Assembly: GCF_032062105.1 (NCBI RefSeq) | Contig: NW_026918900.1 | Coordinates: 496,001 to 560,000 of the forward strand | DNA: 64,000 nt | Reading direction: 5' to 3' | Origin: Saccostrea cucullata | Lineage: Eukaryota | Shown: positions 40,301-50,164 of the stretch, piece after piece | Position numbering within the stretch: the stretch's first letter is position 1 | How the letters are laid out: each line of letters starts with the position of its first letter | The notes under the pieces: generated by a model | Seen by the model: the letters and a program-made list of their open reading frames with translations, nothing else | Database searches by the model: none | What the model was told of the DNA's origin: nothing | Program-made: the position numbers and the translations under genes

Positions 40301-43300
40301 TACGAAGGCTTTATCCTGGTAGCCATGTATATTATGTACATCATTTTGATGTATTTTAACAAATCAATTGAACCCTTCATGGAGGGACTACTCAAGAAAA
40401 TCAAGGCCCGAAAACACGCCAAAAAACATCGACACGAAGACCATAACTCCAACCAAACCGAGGCTGCCAAACCTCTGTATTATGAAAACAGCAAATCAAC
40501 ACCTAATGGTTCCCCCAACTCAAACGACGATGAAACAACATTTAGTGTTAGAAAAGAGGAGGAAGAGGAAAGTGTTAGCGAGGATAAAGATACTGATGAG
40601 GACGAGAGAGATTTCCACCCACCAGAGGGGCACAAAGATTGTAAGTCTAGAAGCAGAGATGGCGCTAATATTTTCTTTTCCTTTCTCTCCTTACAGGTAT
40701 GAGAGTCTGATAATGTTCCTAATGTACATTGTATACATCCTTCTGATGTACTTCAATAAGAAGTTGGAGCAAGTCATCTATCATCTCTTGCAAAGGTTCT
40801 TCGGAGACAGAATTGAAGATCCTTTGCATACTCATGATCATCATGGCGAAAGACAGGCGCTTTTGGAATCAGAAACGGCCAAAACGGCACGATCGATTGA
40901 CGAAAGTAATACCACACCGAAGGAAGTTGAATCCTCCTTCACTAGCCATGAAAATAAGTCGTTTGAAAAAAGCGCCGATCACAAAGATTGTAAGATTCCC
41001 AAGCTCTTTCTGGTTCCAGTCGTCTCTCTTCAGCCCTTCACTCATGCGCAGTAGATGAAATGCACGCCATTTTATATTTCAAATGCGCAATTTTTCCTTG
41101 CATTGCCTTATCGCAAAACCCCACTGCACCACATACCCATAAATGATGTTATGTACAGTCAGAAAACATCGTACGCTTCGTTTTAAAAAAATCATAACAT
41201 TGCAATCGTGTCATTTGCTAATACACTTGTCAAATTTGATGTTTTCGTTTTGGATATTTAATGTGTCCCTTATCTCTTATATTTTTTTCTTGATTTTCAG
41301 CCAAAGAGTACGAGTCTCCGTGGAAAATTCCAGACACGTTCCCAAAGCGCGTGTTTTGGGTGGCCATGATTCCAATGCACGCCATGTTCTTCGTAACTAT
41401 TCCGGATTGTCGGCGGCCCGGTAAATGGCACAAGACGTACCCCTTGACCTTTGTGATGTCGATTGCATGGATCGCCGGGTTGTCTTACATCATGGTATGG
41501 ATGGTGACTGTTGCAGGTACGAAAATATCATGTAATGTTAATAGCTAAACAGTTTTAAACACATTGAACAACGATTAGAAGAGTTCCGTGATCCAAATTT
41601 ATGGCCCATGTTTACTTTTATTCAGAGTTATCTCTCTTATGATTTGAAATTAACTAATGGAAAAACCTATTTTTAGAAGTATGTGATTTAAATGAACCTT
41701 AAAGTTTAACACATGAAGCTAGACTTATAAACGCTATGCAAAAATATAAGTTTGAAGTTTTTAATATATGTTTGATTGATTGGTTGATTCATTGTATGTT
41801 GTTTAACATCCCTCTCGAGAATTTTTCACTCATATTGAGACGCCACCACTTGCGTTGGAGCTACAATTTTGTCCTATACTCGGCACTCATACAGGTCCAC
41901 TGAGCAGTGAGGGATCTTTTTCGTGCCAGTACCTACTGCGACACGGGACCTCGGTTTATAAGGTCTCATTTGAAGGACCGGTCTCCACGTCCCACAGTGG
42001 GATTCGAACCCGCGACGTAAGGAATGACTCCTTACTTCGTGACTCTACAGCAGACGCTCTAACCACTGTGCCACTCGGGGTTATAAATGTAGGACAAAAC
42101 CATAGACCTCGGAATGGAATTCTTAATATTTCGAGGAATAAATGAGTGTTTTACAATGAAGAGGCTCGACCAGAGACGTCTGAAGCAATTTAATTGACAA
42201 AAAAAAAAAGTCTCTGGAAGCAAACGATGACTGTCATTTTAAAGTAGGTAAATGATCGATATTTTATAATACAAGGTTGAAGCGGGAGTGTCTGAAATTG
42301 AGTTAGGTACCTTGTGGTAAAAATAAGTAGGGGGTGTCCCGTATAGGAAACAAGTGCATGCTCTGTGCTATGATAAATTACACAGAGAAGATTTTAATGG
42401 CGTTGATTTTTATTTTTACCCCGATCCTTCGAATTCGAATCAAATATAGATTGAATCAGGCTACAAAATGCATCCTTCTCATTTTTTTAAATGTTGCGCA
42501 CTTAATATTTTTAAAGTAAAAAGAATGATTTGTTTCTTCATCAGAGATGTGCATTAGCTGGTGTCCCTGATTCAATGCTTGGTCATATCTTGACTTAAGG
42601 TCAAGATACATGTAATCAGCAGCTTAGAAAAAACTTTGTCCAGCAGCAAATTCAATCCACGCAGAACACAACCTTCTTTATAAAGCAGTTTCTCTTGTTA
42701 TGCCGTTGCGAAATGACCATTGGTAAAATGTCATTTAGAAGGTCAAGGTCATTAATTTTTTTTTTTCAAATCGTGGATTGCATTAAGATTTCAATCAATT
42801 ATTTGAACGCAGTACTTTCAATTCTTTAGGGGACTATTCACTCAAAACCAGATCACTGGTACAAGAGGTATATATATACAAACAAAAATTACAGTCAAGG
42901 GTCAAGAAATAGACAAGTATTAATAAAGAAAAAAAGAATGAGATAAACATATAGTCAGTTACATGTATATATAAAACACATGGAGGATTCAAGAAGGACA
43001 GACAGTTTTGAAAATTTTCTTGATAAATTTTGACAATGCTATTTGTATTTCTACATTATTATTGTTCATTAGTTCATTAAATTTGAAAGTGTTAGGATTT
43101 TTACAATTTCAATTTTGGAGAAATATTTTGTCATGGGAAAGTTACTAAGTCTTGCATTCCATAACATAATGAAATTCATCACTAATAGTGTTACAATCAC
43201 AAATGTTACATATTCTTAAATTTCTGTCAATATAATGCCTTCCAGAGAGATCTATTATCAGTATTGTTTTCGTTTGAATTCTAAAAATAAGTTGATTATA

Positions 43301-46008
43301 TTATAATTATCTGACTTTATAGTAACTACATGCATTAATTTTCACGTGGTGCAAATCAATAAATGTACGAAGCCATATTGCTTCTTTTCATTACACTTTT
43401 CCACTAATCTTGGAATTGATTGTTTAACCAGTCAATGCAGAACGCATTCAAGTAGTTACAAATTATTGATTGAACTTCTGGCGGACCCAGATATAATAAA
43501 AAGCTAATTATTAATTACGTAAATTGATCAGTTAATGATTTTAAGCGTTTTATACATGTAACAATAGGATGACAATAGACGTTCATCAATTTTAAATCAA
43601 GTGAGATTTTGTCTTGTTACATGACTGTACAGTTAAAATTTTAATACTCTTTAAAAGGTAAAGTATAATTATTGTATATTATATAATATAGTTAAAACCA
43701 GTCTGTCCTTCTTTACAATAAAGGAAAGAACGATAACTCGCCTTCAATGTAGACCTTAAATTCCCTACGAATATGTTATCTTGGACGACCAGTAATTTGT
43801 TACATTAAAGTTTGAGAATTCAATGCTTGGTCATATCTCCATTTAAGGTCAAGATACATGTAATCAGCAGCTTAGAAAAAACTTTTTCCAGCAGCAAAAT
43901 CAATCCACGCAGAACACAAGCAGTTTCTCTTGTTATGCCGTTGCGAAATGACCTTTGGCAAAATGTCATTTAGAAGGTCAAGGTCATTAATTTTTTTTTT
44001 CAAATCGTAGATTGCATTAAAATTTCAATCAATTATTTGAATGCAGTCCTTTCAATTCTTTTTTCACTCAAAACCAGATGACTGGTACAAGAGTTACATA
44101 TATACAAACAAAAATTACAGTCAAGGATCAAGAAATAGACAAGTATAAAGAAAAAAAAGAATGAGATAAACGTATAGTCAGTTACTTGTACATGTGTATA
44201 TAAAACACATTCAGGATTCAAGAAGGACAGACAGTTTTGAAAATTTTTTGATAAATTTTGACCAAGAATTTTTGTATTTCTACATTATTACTGTTCATTA
44301 GTTCATTAAATTTGAAAATGTTAGGAATTTTACGATATCTATTTTGGAGAAATATTTTGTCATTCGAAAGGTACTAAGTCTTGCATTTCATAACATAATG
44401 AAATTCATCACCAATAGTTTTACAATCACAAATGTTACATATTCTTAAATTTCTTTCAATATTATGCCTTCCAGAGAGATCTATTATCAGTATTGTTTTC
44501 GTCTGAATTCTAAAAATAAGTTGATTATATTATAATTATCTGACTTTATAGTAACTACGTGCATTAATTTTCACGTGGTGCAGATCAATAAATGTACGAT
44601 ATTTATTGATCTAGTCAGGCAAGCTTTTTAAAAAGCTGTTACTTGTATGGTTTTAAAATTTTCACATCATATGCAGTTTCCTATAGTGTTTATTGAAATG
44701 AAATTTAGAATTAAAAATTGTAAACACAATATCAATTTTTAACCGTAAATCTCGGTTATTTAAATCGTGAAAATGGCGGACGTATATGGTTGAGGTTGCC
44801 ATCTTTTGCCGGATTACATCTCCTTAAATTTTCTGGATTATTGTTTTATTTGCAAAACAATGTTATGTATATCAGAGATGTCCAGGGAACACATTTTTGT
44901 TTCTGATATTTAATGAAAAGATAACCGTTTATCATTTTTAAGCGTAATGTTGTTTTAAGGGTACATCATATGATCATTTGTCATGCGATTTGGATAACTG
45001 AAACAATTTCTGCATTCTGTCCATTTTATTGAGTTGCTCAGTGCAAGGTGTCCGTCAAAGTCCTTACTTAGATGTTTATATAATTATACAGTTACGCTTG
45101 TTCCAGAAATCACAGATTTGTACATTTTCCGACTTTTCCACAAAGGAGCGCACTAAGAAGCATAACTCTAGATCTTCCATAGTGGAAATAGAACGTATTG
45201 ACGCCGTCTTAAAATGTTATATATAAATATTTAATTTCTCTTATAAGTCGATATTCATTTTAATAATATAGGTGGTGGTTTATATTAAGAGATGTTGAGT
45301 TTTCTTTATAACGCTGTTTTTATTTTGGTAGGTGATGCCCTAGAAATTCCGGAGACAGTAATGGGACTCACTCTGTTAGCAGCAGGTACCAGTGTACCAG
45401 ACTGTCTTTCAAGTCTCTTTGTAGCAAGAGACGGTGAGTACATTATAGCAACATTGTCATTGATAGTGCAGACTTTTGAACATCTAATGCAAAGTATACA
45501 ACATACATGTACGAACATAGGTCGCTGACTAATATATTTAAACATCCGTTAAAGGTGAATTGTTCCCTTAGAGTAATCGGTGTAGATTTCATCTAATCTC
45601 TAAAGAAGTATGTAGATGCAATAAGTATGTTTATTTTACTCAGTCACTACACAGCGATATTTTTTCTTTATTTCAGGTTTAGGAGATATGGCGGTCTCTA
45701 ACTCCATAGGGAGCAATGTATTTGACATTTTGATGTGTTTGGGTCTCCCCTGGTTGTTAAAATCCCTCATCCTAGAAAGTGGAGACCCCATCCCTATAAA
45801 AAGCGAAGGACTGACTTATTCCGCCATTACTTTGTTATCAACAGTTGTATTCCTAATCATCGCCATGTTTGTTACAAAATGGCGGCTAAACAAAAAGTTC
45901 GGTGTCGTTTGTTTGTTGGTTTACGTTGTTGTAATAGTCTTTTCCTGTCTTTATGAACTGAATGTATTCGGAAACTTCAACGTAGCCGACTACTGTCCGA
46001 GGGAATGA
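12301..46008 (+). CDS. SLC24A: K+-dependent Na+/Ca2+ exchanger (NCKX, SLC24A3/4/5-like). join(12301..12592,16941..17135,21602..21685,23950..24053,36454..36554,[40300..40640 OR 40697..40989],41301..41516,45332..45433,45677..46008); 588 aa or 572 aa
   Basis: All introns are GT-AG with matching phases, and the spliced lengths (1767 and 1719 nt) are divisible by 3. Motifs: CDDYF, alpha-1 [19 protein letters not shown] and [16 protein letters not shown], alpha-2 [13 protein letters not shown] and [17 protein letters not shown]. The NVFD aspartate is the K+-dependence residue of NCKX proteins. Confidence 0.95.
13420..13675. repeat. Purine-rich degenerate (GA)n/GGGTGG low-complexity tract
   Basis: Almost pure G/A with interspersed gggtgg. 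Confidence 0.85.
14158..14617. repeat. (GA)n microsatellite grading into a ~27-29 bp minisatellite (GAGAGATTTCCTGTGAGAGAGAGAA)
   Basis: Pure GA run 14158-14207, then about 15 copies of a 'gatttcctgtga' core separated by variable GA runs. Confidence 0.95.
16941..17135 (+). CDS. SLC24A: NCKX exon 2 (TM1, ...[18 protein letters not shown])
   Basis: Acceptor ctaatttcag|, donor GACG|gtgagt; conserved NCKX sequence. Confidence 0.95.
17779..17860. repeat. (GA)n microsatellite
   Basis: About 40 perfect AG units. Confidence 0.97.
18565..18900 (+). mobile_element. Decayed 3' fragment of a Penelope-like retroelement
   Basis: 'tttctgaaacgaggcaaactacttacaaacaagttgatgaaacaag' is the reverse complement of the RT C-terminal region at ~53550-53595. 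It is followed by the shared 3' motif 'cagggaatgctttctccttcatggcacc'. Confidence 0.65.
19540..20150 (-). mobile_element. Helentron/HINE-like element, same family as 7301-8156
   Basis: acaagatgtattcgtgaaagtatgatgcccc at one end; (GACA)n plus ccccaaatcttcgatgacggggcataaaaa at the other. Confidence 0.85.
20190..21475 (-). mobile_element. Second, older Helentron/HINE-like copy containing a SINE and other insertions
   Basis: Starts acacgtgtttgtgaaacac, has decayed internal repeats, and ends cagacagacagacggac..cccccactttcagtaaaagcgggga. Confidence 0.55.
20502..20790 (-). mobile_element. tRNA-derived SINE (central domain resembling the molluscan Meta/MESC type)
   Basis: The minus strand has an A box GTGGCGCAGTGGTTAGAGCG and a B box GGTTCGAATTCC. 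The body GAGGTCCCGTGTCACAATAGGTGTTGGCAC matches the copy at 41770-42079. Confidence 0.85.
21602..21685 (+). CDS. SLC24A: NCKX exon 3 (alpha-1 repeat, [28 protein letters not shown])
   Basis: Acceptor tttggtttcag|, donor ATAG|gtacgt; not in the ORF track because it is short. Confidence 0.96.
21743..21843. mobile_element. 101-bp hairpin MITE with 9-bp TSD (Mutator-like); shares its terminus with 24699-25233
   Basis: tagctgcagaactgtagcgttatggttttatgtat ... atacataaaaccataacgctacagttctgcagcta; flanks taataagta / taaaaagta. Confidence 0.8.
21887..22250. mobile_element. 364-bp MITE with perfect 16-bp TIRs and TTAA TSD (AG...CT termini, Kolobok-like)
   Basis: ttaa|agccatatatggcgta ... tacgccatatatggct|ttaa. 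Confidence 0.8.
23950..24053 (+). CDS. SLC24A: NCKX exon 4 ([35 protein letters not shown])
   Basis: Acceptor ttttacaag|, donor ATG|gtgagt. Confidence 0.96.
24699..25233. mobile_element. 535-bp MITE with 114-bp TIRs and 9-bp TSD (Mutator/MULE-like)
   Basis: 24699-24812 is the reverse complement of 25120-25233, with no mismatch seen. The direct repeat gttgcttga lies at 24690-24698 and 25234-25242. Confidence 0.93.
26365..26520 (+). mobile_element. Short 3'-terminal fragment of the Penelope-like family
   Basis: 'ggggatgcttgctcatcctaagcacctgatcccacctctgg' is the reverse complement of the motif at ~53298 and ~55697; another copy lies at ~61075-61120. Confidence 0.6.
27031..29167 (+). mobile_element. 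Helentron/HINE-like element carrying an expanded array of 168-bp satellite units
   Basis: 5' tttttaggtcacctgagtcactcaggtgacct (hairpin), then a (CGT/CGTC)n microsatellite and the tandem array, and a 3' end gctcaggtgacctataaggcccatgggcctcttgt (sub-terminal IR plus palindrome). Confidence 0.88.
27301..28750 (+). repeat. 168-bp tandem satellite (Cg170/HindIII-like oyster satellite), about 8 full units plus degenerate ends
   Basis: 'aaatcttcttct' recurs with a period of 168 (~27301, 27469, 27637, 27805, 27973, 28141, 28309, 28477). The family name comes from recall, not a search. Confidence 0.92.
31285..31328. repeat. (GA)n microsatellite
   Basis: About 22 GA units. Confidence 0.95.
32967..33332. 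mobile_element. Small TIR element with G/C-run sub-termini
   Basis: caggcgcggatccag..gggggg at left, cccctatagatccgtccatg at right (imperfect inverted). Related half-ends lie at ~31910 and ~62692. Confidence 0.5.
35636..36456. repeat. Minisatellite complex ending in the NCKX exon-5 acceptor: 13 x 29-bp units (36091-36456) preceded by degenerate ~40-bp units, the first ones inverted
   Basis: Unit agtgatgtttactgacttatttacagatt. Older units 'tgtttactgacttgttaacagattgtgc' at 35840-36060; inverted copies at ~35636-35700. Confidence 0.95.
36454..36554 (+). CDS. SLC24A: NCKX exon 5 ([34 protein letters not shown])
   Basis: Acceptor ttatttacag|; donor CAGTG|gtgggt in phase 2, completing TGG with the leading G of exon 6A or 6B; LTW.P..RD..FY motif. 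Confidence 0.93.
40300..40640 (+). CDS. SLC24A: NCKX alternative exon 6A (TM5 plus acidic cytosolic loop)
   Basis: tgtag|G TAC GAA GGC.. [21 protein letters not shown]...[17 protein letters not shown]...GHKD T|gtaagt; 341 nt, phase 2 to 1. Confidence 0.88.
40697..40989 (+). CDS. SLC24A: NCKX alternative exon 6B (TM5 plus alternative cytosolic loop)
   Basis: ctccttacag|G TAT GAG AGT.. [21 protein letters not shown]...HTHDHHGE...DHKD T|gtaaga; 293 nt, phase 2 to 1. Confidence 0.9.
41301..41516 (+). CDS. SLC24A: NCKX exon 7 (SKEYESPW...TIPDCRR...[23 protein letters not shown])
   Basis: Acceptor gattttcag|, donor GCAG|gtacga; TIPDCR and SYxMVWM motifs. Confidence 0.96.
41770..42079 (-). mobile_element. 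tRNA-derived SINE, near full length
   Basis: Minus-strand A box GTGGCACAGTGGTTAGAGCG, B box GGTTCGAATCCC, (CAAT)n tail; same family as 20502-20790. Confidence 0.88.
42570..43370. repeat. ~800-bp direct repeat copy 1, containing a minus-strand LINE (CR1/L2-group-like) ORF2 3' remnant
   Basis: Near-identical to 43818-44599. The minus strand of 'gcattccataacataatgaaattcatcac' reads DEFHYVMEC, the HxxxxC zinc-knuckle end of LINE ORF2. Confidence 0.8.
43818..44599. repeat. ~780-bp direct repeat copy 2
   Basis: From attcaatgcttggtcatatct to tcaataaatgtacga, collinear with 42570-43370 apart from small indels. Confidence 0.9.
45332..45433 (+). CDS. SLC24A: NCKX exon 8 (alpha-2, [34 protein letters not shown])
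   Basis: Acceptor ttttggtag|, donor GACG|gtgagt. Confidence 0.97.
45677..46008 (+). CDS. SLC24A: NCKX terminal coding exon 9 ([19 protein letters not shown]...YCPRE*)
   Basis: Acceptor ttatttcag|, stop TGA at 46006-46008; AATAAA candidates at ~46505 and ~47994. Confidence 0.97.
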
Positions 46009-49000
46009 TTTATATACCTGGTAGTTCAAGAGAAACGTCACGTAAAAAAAAAAGATATAATATAAAATTTACTAGACAAGTACTCAATCATATTGCAAAA
46101 TGTTTTTTAAACAGAGACTTCTTCAAAGTGCGTAAAACCATTAACTAAAAATACAATATGTACAAAGAATCAAACTTGCCCGTCGTTTTTTTTAAATGGA
46201 CATATTTTTTCTTGATTAGGAAATACTTTATGCGTACCCAGAATTTTCATTCATTTGGAAATGTATATGGACAAATTGATAATTTTATGTCTTTATGTTA
46301 TTAGTAGATGATTGTATCTTCAGTATTTATAAAACACAAAGGATAGGAAGGGGGGAAGAAAAGAAACTTGTACCAGAACGTGTATGTAGTAGTCACAATT
46401 AACAGAATTACGTTGTACATGTGTGATTGAATACATGTTTCTGTTAGCTAGTATTTCGAATGTGACTTGATATTCTAAACATAATTTACAGGATATGTTC
46501 ACGCAATAAAAAGCAAAGTAATTTTCTTGCCATATTGTATTGTACGAAAAATGCTAAGTTACATTCCTTTGAATTAATTAACATGTTGAAGGATAAGTTA
46601 ACGTGTCAAAGACCTGTTTATTTTTCTTAAGGTGAAACAAATTTGATGGTAAAAATTGAATCAGAGAGGAGAGAAGTCATTATGGACAAGGGAAGTTTTC
46701 AAATTATAATTACATGTAATTTTTGAACGCAGCATAAACATGTCATAAATTACTTACGACATTTTCATTTTGTGTAATTTTTCCATTAACTTTTAAAATT
46801 GACATTGCCTATTTTTAATAAGATAAAGATATTTGATTTCTTGTGGGAAAAAATGCAATTTTTTAAAATAACATTATTAAGGTTATATTTTTTTATTTCT
46901 TATTCTGCTATTATCACATGAATATGTTCGTAGTATAAGTGATATATATCCTTGAAGAAATTCAACATATGTTCGCTAAGGATAAAACACGTTATTGCAT
47001 CATATATTTATTTTCTGTTAATCACATTTGTAAAGTAACCCCCTAGAATGTAACGATTATATGTTGTATTTAACTTAATCAAAAGGAAAAGAATTGTTCA
47101 AAAACACGGAGGAATATGTACCTTGTTTATATGTAACGCACGATGTAAACAGTAGTTTTATCAATATTTATGAGTTTATTTTGAATTTTTATTATTATTA
47201 ACAGTACAGATACATTATGGTAGTCCGAAAAACAAATGTAAATGTGTAGGTCATATTGTCTTTGGTGTTATTTTCCAGAATATAAACATGATTTTTTTTT
47301 TTGGCCAAAATTATAAATACTATAGTATTTTTGTTAAGATCTCAATTTTAAATGCAATGCTCTGTACATGTGTTATCTACCATTCAATGCCTTTGAATAA
47401 GAGGTTTTTTCACAGAGCTCTGACACTGTCTAGTATTTCAAATGCACGTACACGCATACGCAGAAATATGCTTTGTAAAATTAAAAGCCAAAAAACTTGA
47501 ATATGAACTATAATTATAGATTTACATGTCGTTTTCATGAACGTTAATTATGATAGTGATAAATATATCATTTTCTTGGATGTGAAGTTGCAGTGTATGG
47601 TGAATATTAATTATGATAGACAGTGAAAAAAAAAATGTTTTCTTTGAAGTGAAATTACAATGTATGATGAATATAAATTATGATAGGCAGTGATTATAAA
47701 TGTTTTCTGGGAGGTGAAGTTATGGGGGAGACATTGATAAATATTGACCGTTTTGTTGATGTAGTAATACAGTTGTTATCCTCGATCTCTATTTATTGTT
47801 ATGTGTTGATGAAATGTTTGATAGTCGATGAATGATTGTATGTCCCACTTTGTTATTGATCCGCCACTGTATTATAGGCGGATCTTCCTCCCTGTTTACT
47901 TGTGATAGAGTGCCAAATGTGGACGTCTAGTTATAGATAGTTACCTCTGATGCATATTATGTCTGATTTAATCAGATACGCACTAGAAAAATGAATAAAA
48001 TAATTTGAAAAAGATCCACATCCTTGTTTTATTATTTTTTTTAAAGAGTAGTTACACTGTGTGTTATATCACTAGTGTTTATGGGCAGGACCCCTGCATG
48101 ATCTTTATTACGGTTAAATCAATTTTATTACATGAACATGTATACCCGAAATACTATTTGTATTGGAACGCATGCTACACAGCACTCGGTTGTGGCAAAA
48201 ATACTATCGATCTCAGTTAAGTGTGTAGTTTTGCATTACATCACATTCTATGATGACAGCTGCGCTCAAGGTAAATAATACACGACTCCTAATCGCAAGC
48301 TTTACGACTGGAACTTTCTTCTAATCCTTGATTGGTTGCTCGTGCAACAGACTCTTTTCGTGTCAATGTTGATAATATGACTTGACCCATCACGTGAATT
48401 GTTTATGCTGGATGCATCTGGCGAATAAGATCGTAACGTAATGCAAAACCTCACACTTAACTAAAATTAATAATAACAGTGTGTTTCTACGACAGAAGAG
48501 TAAGATTCCAAAGAATTTTACAACAGTGCACAGGCCAGTGCGGTATACAGACAAACCCAAAAACACGTAACTGCAACATAACCAGCACAAACACGTGTCG
48601 CAATTCCACGCTGATGCCCGTAAAATACAGTTATCAGGTGTAACGAATGAGAAGGGTATATCTTAGTGCTGATATCGTTGATAGTATCCTCTAATATGGC
48701 GTTGGCCTACTAACGATTCGTGTTCAGCTTTAGGAACGTATGACAGCATGTAGATACGGTCGGACTATGTCATATACATATATATACCATACTTGTCAGT
48801 ATTACTGTCTACTTTAGGAACGAGTACATGTAGCATAGCTTAATTGTTAGGTATGTCACGTGTATACCATACTTGTACATGTATTTCTATATATCTGGCT
48901 TTGGGAAGTGTAATCTAGCTTGATACGTGCACTATAATTGTTACAACGCACTAGCTCAGTCAAAAGATTGTGTACCATACTCGTACTTATTAGAATTCCT

Positions 49001-49589
49001 GTCTCACGGAACTATGGATAGCTTATTTGTCAATTTTGTCAATTTTATAGTTTTTCTTCTAAATGTACGTCTCTCTCTCTCCCACGATCCTGGTATTTTA
49101 CGCATAAAGCTTCTTGAAATATCGTGATACGTCACCAATATGTTGTGAAACTAAAAATGTCTACAAATTAATACGTCGTCTAAATAATGTAAACTTACAT
49201 AAGACCGTCTTCCAGAAATAGCTTCTTTACATGTCAATGTCTGATAAGATGCTGTTTCACGTTAATTATCTCTTTGATAAAGAAATATATTTCATCTCGC
49301 TAAATAATTAGCAGTTTATATATTTCTAATTAGATATATACACATGATATAAGAGAGCTAAAATTAATTTGAATTTTCTTTATTTAGAATATTGGATCAT
49401 ATATAATTATATATTCGTAACTATTAGTCAATATCGCAACTAATGAATTCTAATTTCCTATGATGACGGCGTTATTTTACAATAAATTCATATGTACATG
49501 TATATATTTCTAGCTCGCCTCTGTATGAAATATATTATTTCTGTATGCAGGAGGTATAGTTTAAGAATTGAAAAACATGGACTGTATAA

Positions 49590-49890
49590 GAAGACACAAT
49601 ATTGATCGGCCTTTTTGGTAACACAGAGACAACATAGATCTGTTCCTCCTACATGTAATCTATTCTTTGGTATATACAGATAAAACATAGATCCGCACCT
49701 CCTTATCATCAACTTATTTGGTATACTCAGAGACAACTAGACCCGCTCCCCTTTTTCAGTTGTTTTGTATACATAAATACAAAAGATCCGCCCCTCCTTA
49801 TTAGTTCTTCAGCATGCACAAAGACATAAAAGATTCGCTCCTCCTTTGGTGTGCACAGATACAAAAATGATCCACACGCTCCTCCTAACT
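49590..49890. repeat. Degenerate ~45-50 bp tandem repeat
   Basis: Recurrent 'acagagacaacatagatccgctcctcct'-like unit, about 6-7 copies. Confidence 0.6.
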
Positions 49891-50164
49891 TTGTTACTGT
49901 TGCCTCTGATATACAAATTTTAAAAATACAAATGTATAACTAATCCGAAATCTAACTTCAACGAGGCATTTTGTAAAATTATTACCCAAATATGGTTTTT
50001 ATTCAATGCATGATGTGTTTCCTTTCCCTGGGCCTTTGCAAGGGGGTAGAGAAGTAATCACACAACTACATGTAGTTGAATAAAACGAGTTACCGATAAA
50101 GCAATGTAAATGTGCAAAATGTATTTTGTTTCATCATTTTATTATATACGAAAAAAAACATCTA

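Noticed and set aside
40300-40989. 6A and 6B as consecutive constitutive exons, or ORF 40368-41054 as one exon
   Set aside because: Joining them gives a stop after 4 codons and would duplicate TM5. The long ORF is an off-frame read of 6A running into 6B.
41995-42079. tRNA gene (also at 20705-20790 and 3933-4014)
   Set aside because: A and B boxes are present, but the sequence runs into a shared SINE body and tail and does not form a clean cloverleaf.
42570-44599. LTR retrotransposon (paired LTRs)
   Set aside because: No TG...CA termini, PBS/PPT or TSD, and the repeats contain LINE remnants.
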